64,000 bases of DNA from positions 3,791,060-3,855,059 of the forward strand of contig CM082583.2 in assembly GCA_040954595.2 (NCBI GenBank), in the 5' to 3' direction. Under the pieces are notes generated by a model. The model made no database searches. It saw only the letters and a program-made list of their open reading frames with translations, and was not told the DNA's origin. This DNA is from Balanoglossus misakiensis. Taxonomy: Eukaryota; Animalia; Hemichordata. Numbering within the stretch: the first letter of the stretch is position 1; the number at the start of each line of letters is the position of its first letter. The position numbers and the translations under genes are program-made. Below, piece after piece: positions 53,201-64,000 of the stretch.

Positions 53201-56200
53201 ACACGTTTACTTGATCTTTATTGGAGTAACTGTGGAACAGAAAATATTGAACTGGATACCTGCCAGAAAGACAGACATTACACTGGCCCCTGGCAGTCAT
53301 TCTCCAGTTATAGTGTCATGGCATGGCAATGTCCCCCAGGCAGAAACCCTGAAAAAAAACTTGTGAAGCATATCTTTTTATCAGTAAAATGCAATGAAGA
53401 TGCACACATAATATCAACTGTAGGCCTGCTGTGGAAAACATTGGTGGGTTTGCTGACTGGCTCACTTACATGTATGAAAAGAAAGCCTTAACCCTTTTAC
53501 CACCATTGTTTGGTCCAAATCCATTGTTTTCTATGGCAAAGCTAGATCGACCTCTACAGAGGGAATATATGGGGGTGAAAGGTTTCAACCCAACCTCATG
53601 ATATTTATAACCCATAACAAGTAGTATTTAAAGTACCATAAAATACCATAGTTTTCAAATAAGCAAACTATAATAAAACACAGGGCTATTATTTTATGAC
53701 CAGTCCACAATTTTTAATTCAGTGAAGTTTGAAATTCTGAAAGCACTGGTTTTTATTTTACTCAGGTTTTCTGTCTGTGTCTGGGGTACCCCATAAAGTT
53801 GTCAACTCAACCCATGTTTAGTGTGTGTGTGCCGGGGGTGTGAGGGGGAAGGGGGGTTGAAAGCCAAATGGCATCATGACCCAAGTTAGACCGACCTTTA
53901 GGCCAAAGGTCAAGGCTGCAATGACCTGGTCCAAAGTGTGAAGGAGATGGGACATTGCCGGTAATAACTAAGTTGTGAAACTGGAATCTAGTCAAACAAA
54001 CAAATAATCAAACGCTTTCTTGCTCCAAATGTGAAATATTTAAACTTTGGACCCGCATTTCAGTTTAACTGTAAATCTTGCAAATCTGCCACCTTCAGAA
54101 ACAATCAATTTGCACTTTGGTACATATGGCCCTCTTACAATACACATAAATATGCATGTCAGTAAATGATTTGGAACTTAGATAAGAATCGATTTATGCC
54201 AAGGTCGTGGGGGGGGGGGGGGTCGAATCAGTGCCCAGTAGTCATACATTTGTAAGGTTGCTCGAGTGACACAATGGCTCACTTTACCAGTTACACGGAT
54301 CAGTAGTTTCCCCAACATGGTGTAAAACTTTGAGTCCTAAAAGTAAACACTGCACACAGATAGCACAAATACCTGTCAAGTTGCTTTTTGTGGTGGGAAA
54401 AAAACATTGGGGTGTTAACTGTTTTCGGTTAAGTTTTGAGATTCACAGTTGATTACCTGTTCAGTGTATGACTTTCATGTCAAGAATGCGAAACACGTGC
54501 ATTAGAGGTATTTCAGCCAAGGTCAGCTACTGACATGACACACAAAAGTCTATGTGGTTCACTCTGGCAGCAGTGACCCCGTTTGACCTTTTGTCATCAC
54601 CTGCATCCTGTATGTAATTAGTTACAGTTGAAAGCGGTCATGGCTATCATATTTCCACATCATCATACCTTCCCATTTATCACAAATACATGCATCAATG
54701 CCCACTGAGCTAAGAATGGCAGCATTGTAACCCCTTGTCATGCACAGATATACACCTGGTCATTTTTAAAGTGGTACTGTTCCTATTGTTTATTTTTGAG
54801 GCAACCAATGATATGGTATTTGGCCTTGAATCCTAGCGAATTCCTCCAATGTACTTAATTCTCATTATTTGTTGGTTAAAATGACACCAACTACATTTTA
54901 TACCTCAGTGAACTAAAAATGAACAAACCCAATGCACATTTACTACTCACATGATCATTGACAAATGCAATACACACAAGACTGAAACTTTTGTTAAATT
55001 AGGATTTTCATTTAATAGCGGTTTACATCAACAGGTGATTTCCATCTGAAAACACTGCACAGTTAAAATGACACAAGTAGCTGTCGGCAGTCTAAGCTCT
55101 AACCAAACCCTTGTAAAACAATTTGGAAAACCCTGCACCATACATGTATTTACAGTGGGAAAAACACCCACAACAATATAACTTTCCCGGTCCATTTCCA
55201 TTCTCACAAAATAACTCAGAACCTTTATTTGCAATCAGTCCCACATGAACACATACCACAAGAACATTTAAAGCCTAATAATGACCATTGGGTTTCCTGT
55301 GAATTGTAAGTTGTATCTGTATAACAGAAACCATTCATCAGTTGAGTGGAAACAGTGTAAGAGGTGAACATGCATTAATTTCCAACTGGTCCAGTATGCC
55401 GCAGACGATGTAGTCTGATTGACAACACAAGATACTCGCAAAAATTAATCTTTTATTCAAGTTACCTACTGACTATAATTATAAATACCTCATTAGAGTT
55501 ATGTTAGCTCCATAACTGCACAGCTGTTTTTATTTCTTTACTGAATATGATCAATAATCTAGCAGTTGCAGAAAGCTGAATGCAGAAATCAAAGTGACCA
55601 TTGCAGTCATTCGCTCATACACACTACCACCCATGCTGCTGCATGGCCAACTCCCTTAACACAAACATAGCTGTAAACTACAGCATTCCTACATGTAGCT
55701 GAATTTTGCCAACCAACCAGTATTTTTTTTAATCTGTTAAACTAAAGTTCAAGCTTCTACCACACCTGATAAATACCTCTTGACACTATTAACCAACTAA
55801 CATTTACACTGACCAATACATTGCAGGGGCTGTTGTATAAACATATTGAACTTTGTCCTAAATATCTGAATCACTCTGTGCACAGACCAAGTGGCATGGG
55901 TTCAACAGGTGTCTTGTTTCATCTTCTGGTGACTGCAACACTTCTCTCATGTTTACAAAATACAGTGTTTTTTAAAATGCCTGCCCTGGGTTCATCCTGA
56001 ACTATACAGTTACACCACCCATCAAATTTCTGCATAATATTCCAACGTTCATGTAACATACCATTTTAGTTTTTACAAAACAAACAACCTGAAAGTTGAA
56101 GCTTTGAACAATCACTGCAATCTTTAGAAGTAGAAAATGAACCTGTGGTTGAATATCAGAATATCTGCAAGGATCTACTGGAACAAGCTTAATACTTGTA

Positions 56201-58949
56201 AGCTTTCAATGATCAGAAACAATTGAACAGAATAATTTGTATTTGATTGGCAGGGCTAGAGGTACATGTAAACCAGGGAAATTTGGGGACTGCTAGCTGG
56301 GGAGGGTGTTCGGGGATAGGAGGTTTTAGTGTCCGCGGACCTAAAATAATTTAATTGTACTCTAGTCAAGTCAAACAAATTAGACAAGTCAGCACTTACT
56401 CTCCACATCATACCCAAACAAGGCAAAATTATTATCAGACCCAAATTTGAAAAAAAAAAAATTCCCATAATATTTGTTTGACAAAAAATAACTGTGACAA
56501 TATGAACATACCGGCATCAACCCATCTACAAAAATTTAAGACCCATATTGGTGAATTTCCTGAAAGGTAATAAATCTGTCAAAGTAGCCAAGGTCGCATA
56601 ACCAAGTTTCCTGCCTGCAGGATACTTGCAGTTGCTAGGTTCTGATTGCCATTTCCAATACATGCATGATTCAGGACTAATAAATGCCTGGTCATGAAAC
56701 GGGGATCTTACAGCTGTGACCGGCTTTTAGCATCCTCTCATATGACACAACAGGTTTACGTTTAAGCCCCACAATACAAAAACGCAATCAGTCACATTCA
56801 CCATGAATATAGAATGACTTTACACTCATCAATGAAACCTTAATTAATTACATAAGATTGCCATTTGGTTTGTTCCTGTGAAATCATTTAAACACAAGGT
56901 GCCAATTTTTGCTATTTCTGGTTCTGATTCTGACAATTTACTAGTCTCACACCTACACAAAGCTAAATTATGGAGATATTTTTAAGGAGTCAAAATATTT
57001 GAATATATACCATACCACATTTATTGATGAAGGGCTATACATTTGTTGATGAAGGGCTATGTTTGAAACATCTTGTTTTCGTTCTCCCCCTCAAAAGTGT
57101 TTACATACCACACTACTGTATTCTGGTTCTTGTCTCTACTTCAGTTACAGCACACAGGATTACCCACCACAAAATACCTTTGTGCCAGGTATACTAAAGT
57201 CCCTTTGTGCTCAACACTAAACCTAATCCCGTTCACCTAATACATGAACAGTTCCTTCACATCAAACATGATACCTGGACATGAACTGCATGATCTCCAT
57301 TACCCGACACACAAAATCAGCTTTAGGCATTTACTGCTTCAAAAGGGAAAGCTAAAATCCAGACATTTACACCTACCATTGAATATTTCAAGACCCTATT
57401 ACTGTAAAACCACAAAAACTAAGTGTCCAAATCACAGTAAATAAAGTTCATCTATGACGCTCAATGTCACATCTGCTCTTGTTTTTTTTGGCATCAAACA
57501 ATTTTTTTGGCATCAAACAAATACAGTCAAAGCAACTATGCCAGTTTTGAGTTTTCTTATTGAAAGATAAAATTTGGCAAATAAGGATTAGGTGAAATCT
57601 GAATTAATCATCCCTCCTGAGTCTTCATACAACATTTAAAACAATTTTGAGTCAGTTATCCACTCAGGCTACTGTCCCAGTCTTTAGCTTTAAAGAATCA
57701 CCATGACAACCAATCACATGTGTGCACACAGGTCTTCAGGTGTCCGGGGCTTCTCATATAAAAGAGACATATCAAACATAGTACAACAAGCAATTTGTTG
57801 AAAAAGGTGCTCTAAGCCACTTTGTTGAGTAGAGATCTTTACTTTATCCTGCCGCCAGCAATCACATGAATAATCGACGCAGGCCTGCATAAATACCGGC
57901 CGAATTGCTCTGTCCATTCTTCTGGAGACTTCAGTAAATACCCACAACAATTGAATTCAACTTTGGCTGACCCGATAGCTACAACAGTTCTGAGTTGCTA
58001 GAGGTTTTTTCACATAAACTTTGTGATATCATGGAACTATCATCAAGTGATTCCAGTACATGTATATCGAACATCCTATTCAAACACATGACATCCAAGT
58101 TACCAGTTATGCAATAACTGTTTCAATAGATAGTCCACTTCAACTCATTACAGACCCTGGGCCCAGGGGGTGACATTAGTCACTACAAAAATCTGTCAGA
58201 TGTTCAGTCGTCAATTTTAACAATGAAAGTAAAAGCCGTTTAATAATTCATTTACATTAGTAGACACAACCGTACCTCATGATAAGGCTTTTATGTGTGG
58301 GGTCTCTATAAAAAGAACCCCTACAGGAAATTGCCTTCATTTCGCCCGCCCTCAATAAAATGATACATGCTAGTTAAAGAGGTGTTAAAACTACTGCAAC
58401 TTGCACTACACGGGTTACTAGTAGTATGTCTCTTTATAGTTTGTCTATCTTATGCCACTGGTGTGTTGCTGACAGTCAAGGATTTATAACTAACTGAGCT
58501 TCATGGATAAATGTCGGCACAATTCTGGTAATTTCTTTGTACTCCCGTGGGCTTGGTGACTACCGGTAACAATACTGTGTTTTAAGATTTCAGTGTATAC
58601 AAAACAAAGGGAGTTGGTCCGAGACCAAGTCAAAAGTAAAGGTGTACACCATCAATTTACTAGGACACGTAGCTGATCGAGTGATCGCCCGACCAGTTAG
58701 CATATCCCGCTACATAACTAAATGTTATTGTAGTGTGAACGATCGATCCTCAAGTCTGTGGAAAACAATGCCACATTTGAAGTTATATATATAACTTCAA
58801 CTTGTTCCACCAGTGGTTTTAATTGTGAACAAAGTTTTCTGTTAAGTGTGACAAAGTTCACGTACCTGAATGTCATGATTGAGTTCGGTATCATCCAGTA
58901 GTTTTATACCACAAAAGTATTCCTTCGACGATCCACCGAAACAACTCAT
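20613..58949 (-). CDS. EPB41L4A: Band 4.1-like protein 4A (NBL4) FERM + FERM-adjacent protein, about 1064 aa, 20 coding exons
   Basis: Exons 58949-58866, 46194-46090, 42668-42626, 42061-41885, 40219-40099, 34709-34533, 34150-34087, 33657-33491, 30220-30005, 29464-29357, 28902-28726, 28351-28289, 28043-27963, 27788-27660, 24993-24874, 24722-24615, 24141-23859, 22586-22396, 21635-20988, 20745-20613 (3195 nt, GT-AG, in frame). FERM motifs [74 protein letters not shown]; EPB41L4A-type tail blocks MVDSEQQW and [20 protein letters not shown]. Exons 14-19 have less certain boundaries. Confidence 0.9.
27451..27510. repeat. (CAA)n/(AAAC)n simple repeat
   Basis: Direct reading of sequence. Confidence 0.85.
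29563..29736. mobile_element. Diverged copy of the 8483-8664 MITE
   Basis: Shared CCAATCACAGATTTTCA core and right end ATATGTAAATT.GAGGTGACTGTATAC.TTTAA. Confidence 0.65.
35259..36415. mobile_element. Helentron/DINE-like non-autonomous element, type A copy 1
   Basis: Begins AATTAAAGCTGCAAGCAGC..GGGCCCAAGC; internal subrepeats; A/G-rich simple tract; ends in hairpin TAGGGCCCAAGCGC-n6-GCGCTTGGGCCCTA (36382-36415). Near-collinear with 37637-39118. Confidence 0.7.
36415..39172. mobile_element. Helentron/DINE-like element, type B, split by an inserted type A copy (B body 36415-37636, B end 39119-39172)
   Basis: Begins AATTAAAGCTGCAAGCAGC..GGGGCACAAGC; the only matching terminal hairpin TGGGGCACAAGC..GCTTGTGCCCCA is at 39138-39172, beyond the second A copy. 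Confidence 0.65.
37637..39118. mobile_element. Helentron/DINE-like element, type A copy 2, nested in type B
   Basis: Same start (AATTAAAGCTGCAAGCAGCATTGTCCGGGCCCAAGCTCTATTATCTGATC) and same terminal hairpin (39085-39118) as copy 1, with extra internal subrepeats. Confidence 0.7.
39780..39974. mobile_element. TA-flanked MITE (Tc1/mariner-like)
   Basis: Perfect 26-nt inverted ends including TA: TACTGTAAAACACTTTATTTTCGCGA / TCGCGAAAATAAAGTGTTTTACAGTA. Confidence 0.85.
41043..41234. mobile_element. TA-flanked MITE, same family
   Basis: TACTGTAAAACGGGAAA / TTTCCCGTTTTACAGTA ends. Confidence 0.8.
42481..42570. repeat. Small foldback (inverted repeat) element
   Basis: Arms TTTTCCCTAGTCTA(T)AATCCAGACT / AGTCTGGATT(C)TAGACTAGGGAAAA with an inner CTATGCT..AGCATAG stem. 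Confidence 0.7.
44661..45283. repeat. Head-to-tail dimer of a 314-bp element containing a ~143-nt imperfect palindrome; probable non-autonomous transposon
   Basis: Units start at 44661 and 44975 and differ at only a few positions; palindromes at 44824-44966 and 45138-45280. Confidence 0.9.
45770..45962. mobile_element. TA-flanked MITE, same family as 39780 and 41043
   Basis: TACTGTAAAACAGGAAATTTTCGC / GCGAAAATTTCCCGTTTCACAGTA ends. Confidence 0.8.
46738..47358. mobile_element. TTAA-flanked non-autonomous DNA element (Kolobok-like)
   Basis: Left TTAAAGGGA..TAGCTGTAACTTT, right AAAGTTACAGCTAAATGTCCCTTTAA; related fragments near 34890-34980 and 21975-22275. Confidence 0.6.
50098..50222. repeat. 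Compound tetranucleotide microsatellite (TGAT)n/(TGAC)n/(CGAC)n
   Basis: Direct reading of sequence. Confidence 0.92.
53488..53586. mobile_element. piggyBac-like MITE, copy 3
   Basis: TTAACCCTTTTACCACC...GGGGTGAAAGGTTT; interior matches 4045-4138. Confidence 0.65.
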
Positions 58950-60550
58950 TTTCCATAGGGACGATCGTCTTTTTTAATTCATCGATGATATGTGGGTTTT
59001 AACAAAACCGTGACGACTTAAGTATATACCCTATTAACAGGAATGTCTTCTTTTATACGAGTGAATTCCGATCCGTATTCCAGCTGCCGATGATTGTCAT
59101 GTTGTGTGTTCAAATTTACAATTTGAAAATGTGTGACACCAATCGAAGTGCAAATGAGGACTCAACCATTTTATCGATGGGGGTGCTACCGTATGCTTTG
59201 ACCTCGCCGTTGCAGACGGTTGCTGCAGACAAAGAATATGCACCGCATCGGTTGCATTTTAATGAACCACGGTAACCTCCACCACCGTGAGTGAAGATCC
59301 ATTAAGGAACCAGAAAATTCGTGTGTGCCAGTACAAATTTAGCCGAGGAAAGAATCATTTTATCGACTGTAGGTCTAATTCGAAACGACACGGATGATGC
59401 GACTCCAGTGGATTTTACTCCCGCTTTTATTGAATAATGTGAATTGAAGGCCGGCCACTGCAATCATGCCGATGGAGCTCGAGGCTACTGTGGTTGTGTG
59501 AATTCAATAGTCTTTTGTTTTTAATGGTCTATGGTGAATATACCGTAGCTTGGTTTGCAACACATCAATCACAATCTTGTCTAATGAGGTCAGGTGTTTG
59601 ATAATCAAGACATTTTACCTTTGCTGATCCATCCCTATATGCCATTTTGAAAGTTTCTTTACTATAGCAAAAAACGTCCATGGTTATTTTGAAGGAACCA
59701 AAAACTAATTTATTATTATTATTATTATTTTCTGTTGAACAAACAAATCTTGTATTTATGATCATTGAGTATGATAACCAATGTGTTACATGTACCACTC
59801 TATTCGAGCTATCGCTGCGCTTTGTTTCGAGGATCGTGACATCGCCCTCTAGTGTCACACTAGAATATTTTACATTTCACAACAAAACTAACTTTGTTAG
59901 TTTATCCTTAAATTGTTTTGTCTGTTTTCATGCTATTTAACATTCCTGATGATTAATTAAGCATTTTGATTTTAATCTTGCTCTAGTAAGTTACACTGAA
60001 CATCAACAGGTAAAGTCAAATTTAAACTGAATATGTCATGCATATACAACTCTCCAAAAGAAACGCACAACAAAGAATAATTAATTTTCACTTTCAATTG
60101 GCCACAAATTATCAAAACCCTGATCCCAACCTCTCGCGATTTACTGGACATTTTACAAAGTGATATATTGCTTTAGCTGATTCATTTCGAAATAGCTAAG
60201 AAATTCACTTGGCCGCAGGTTAGGTAAGCCACATACATACGCGCCTTGGGGATATATTTAAAAAATATATAATCCTTCAAAATGTTCCAATTATTTTCCA
60301 ATTATATTAAATCTTGTGGGGAGTCTCAGTATGCCTCATAAAAACGCGCACTCAAAGATATAATAAGTTCTTACAAGTATAGTTACTGTAGTATTAGTAA
60401 GCATTTACTCCGTCCCCATTAACATGCTTTGGAAACCTTCTTCGTGGACGACTTTGTCATTCAACTAACTAACACATAGACCTGGTCACCGTGACCTGAT
60501 CATGTACTATCCGGTAAAAAAAAACCATGCTTTTACGAACTTTCAGCTCA

Positions 60551-61468
60551 GGGGCGCGTTCGATTTGCACGATCATGATTGTGATTGGCCAATCGTGATC
60601 GTGATTACGCGTTCGAATACGCCCAATCATAATCATGATTGACAATCACAACAATCACGCCTCCGAGCGTGATTGTTGTGATTAAACACACAAAAATGGC
60701 GGACGACGCAGCAGCCGGTACCGAAGCGGCGGTAATTTTAAAACTCCCAAGAGCAGAGTTTGACTTGTATTGCGATATTTTTAGGCGAGGTAAGTTGTTA
60801 GACGCAAGTTGAATCATAAGTGCTATATTTTATTTATATTATACTTCGTTTTTACCATGGACCAAAAAAAAGTGTCGGGGCGCCGGTCCGCGGTCTGCCT
60901 ATCGTATTCTACTGTACATGTACTGGGTTTAGGGAGCGTTCGCTCGGTAATTTTGATAACTGTTTTGTTTGTCAATTGAGTATTTTCAAACATTTTAATC
61001 GTGGTTGATGGTGCCAAATTAGAAACGACTACTATATTAGTTTATGCTGGTGGCATTCACGAATGCTGTCACTTTTTTTCGCAATGATGAGTATGCCGTT
61101 GACGATTTTAACTTTTTGTAGGCCCGTAAACAGATATTAGGCCTATTTGCCATTTACAAATCCCTTTTGATGTGATTTTTTTTGTAGATAAAGAAACCGC
61201 CATTTCCGTGTTGAAACTCAAATATCCCCATGTTGCTGGCAGCAATGTTGTAAAGATTGTGCAAGATAATTCACCCACCCCCCAATCTTCTTCAATGTCG
61301 TCGCCTTCTTCTTCCGAGTCACGTCCACAGACATCAATCCAACTTCCAGAAAATGAACCAATAGAGCCTCCTAATACACCATCAACGAGTTTAGACGTGC
61401 CCAGTGAGCCTGTCGGGTTATCCCCAAGAAATGTGTGGACGCGTGAAGCTGTCCTACTCCTCCTACTG
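60551..61468 (+). mobile_element. Truncated PIF/Harbinger-like DNA transposon end carrying a Myb/SANT-like gene fragment
   Basis: Abrupt start GGGGCGCGTTCGA, subterminal GTGAT/ATCAC repeats and a perfect 17-bp inverted repeat (60644-60660/60667-60683), followed by a spliced ORF that stops resembling protein after WTREAVLLLL. No second TIR or transposase seen. Confidence 0.55.
60696..61468 (+). pseudogene. Two-exon Myb/SANT-like (trihelix/MADF-type) gene fragment
   Basis: ATG 60696, exon to 60789 (G|GTAAGT), acceptor TTTTGTAG at 61187, in-frame join (..DIFRR-DKETAISVLKLKYP..), S/P-rich linker, then first-helix motif WTREAVLLLL at 61436. Confidence 0.5.
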
Positions 61469-61487
61469 TATCATGCTTTTAATTCTG

Positions 61488-61544
61488 GCGCATGCGCATT
61501 GCATTCGTCCTTGTACATATCGCCCTCTCGCTGCTCCTTCCAAA
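61488..61544 (+). promoter_or_regulatory. RPS15 core promoter and 5' UTR: NRF1-type palindrome and pyrimidine-rich (TCT/TOP-like) start region
   Basis: GCGCATGCGC at 61488-61497; CCCTCTCGCTGCTCCTTCC before the ATG; YY1-type CAAAATGGCCG in intron 1 at 61756-61766. Confidence 0.6.
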
Positions 61545-63372
<1,828 letters not shown>

Positions 63373-63404
63373 AATGTTTTGTAATATACTAGCCTTTTCA
63401 CCAC

Positions 63405-63410
63405 ATTAAA
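63405..63410 (+). terminator. Probable RPS15 polyadenylation signal (ATTAAA)
   Basis: About 30 nt after the stop codon, followed by T/GT-rich sequence. Confidence 0.65.
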
Positions 63411-63569
63411 GAACATTTCAGTGGAATTATCTATTCTCTGTGTTATTTCAAGTGAACTGTGTGTGCGTGTGCTCTGTGCTGCATTGGTTTTCTCTGTGGA
63501 TTATCTGTGAGGTGTGACTGGCATACAAGAGATTCTCGTAACTTGCTTCTTCATTAGTACATGTAGAAG

Positions 63570-63672
63570 CAGTCTGATTAAAATCAGATGTAGGGAACGG
63601 CGACTTGGTTTTTTTATGCTGTCATAAAAAAAAATAAGTCGCCGTTCCCTACATCTGATTTTAATCAGATTG
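63570..63672. mobile_element. Foldback MITE with 9-bp target-site duplication (Mutator/MULE-like)
   Basis: Perfect 34-bp arms 63573-63606 / 63636-63669; direct repeat ATGTAGAAG at 63561-63569 and 63673-63681. Confidence 0.8.
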
Positions 63673-64000
63673 ATGTAGAAGTAAACAAGATGGGTGTCAA
63701 ACACCTTGGCTTAGAGCTCCAATAACTAACTTAGGGCACTTTTAAGTCTTCTGTGTGTATCCGCCATGGTTTATCATTAACGGGACAAAAGTTGCTTTTT
63801 ATATGGAAAGTTGTGTATGCTGTTTGGTCATCTGTAAACAAACCCAGTTCTGCTTGTAGCATGTGTAGACAGAATGTGTGTCACTTGTGTCTATGACAGA
63901 AAGATGTTGAATACGGTGGACGACAAGGTCTATCAGGGCACTTGGTATTTAGGGGGGGGGGGGGGTCTCTATATGGATTTTGTGTTTTCCTGGGATGGCA

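Noticed and set aside
54208-54222. Poly-G run (also 63952-63965) as a G-quadruplex element
   Set aside because: Simple homopolymers with no supporting context; length may be unreliable in assembly.
57020-57521. Short direct duplications (TTGATGAAGGGCTAT x2; TTTTTTTTGGCATCAAACAA x2; also TGAAGATTATAAATT x2 near 7985)
   Set aside because: Ordinary slippage duplications in introns with no further structure.
58777-58800. Perfect 24-bp palindrome TTGAAGTTATATATATAACTTCAA with loxP-like ATAACTTC
   Set aside because: Arms are oriented opposite to loxP with no asymmetric spacer, and the centre is a (TA)n run; single occurrence, no recombinase nearby.
46195-58865. Nested gene or autonomous transposon in the 12.7-kb first intron of EPB41L4A
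   Set aside because: No ORF much above 100 aa, no spliceable exon chain and no RT, transposase or helicase motifs that I could recognise.

Overview
AT-rich, intron-containing animal genomic DNA, most consistent with a marine invertebrate (taxon is an inference). No prokaryotic features are present. Four complete protein-coding genes could be spliced by hand with GT-AG junctions and consistent phases. (1) A 7-exon minus-strand 409-aa protein with signal peptide, FIH/JMJD5/TYW5-class JmjC domain, EF-hand and C-terminal HDEL, i.e. a predicted ER-lumenal 2OG/Fe(II) oxygenase; this is the most unusual item. (2) Head-to-head with it, a ZNF532/592/687-family zinc-finger gene whose 1119-aa CDS lies in one exon. 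(3) A 20-exon minus-strand EPB41L4A (NBL4)-like FERM-FA gene of about 1064 aa with an expanded RS/His-rich tail, two PPxY motifs and a PDZ-type end (-STEL). (4) RPS15. The last exon of an unidentified gene probably lies at the window start. Non-coding DNA holds many small non-autonomous DNA elements (TTAA-, TA- and 9-bp-TSD types), a nested cluster of Helentron-like elements rich in perfect DR1 motifs, a tandem palindromic 314-bp repeat, a truncated PIF/Harbinger-like element with a Myb/SANT-like gene fragment abutting the RPS15 promoter, and a strong excess of the octamer TACATGTA. Transposon superfamily names rest on terminal and TSD structure only; no database searches were run.
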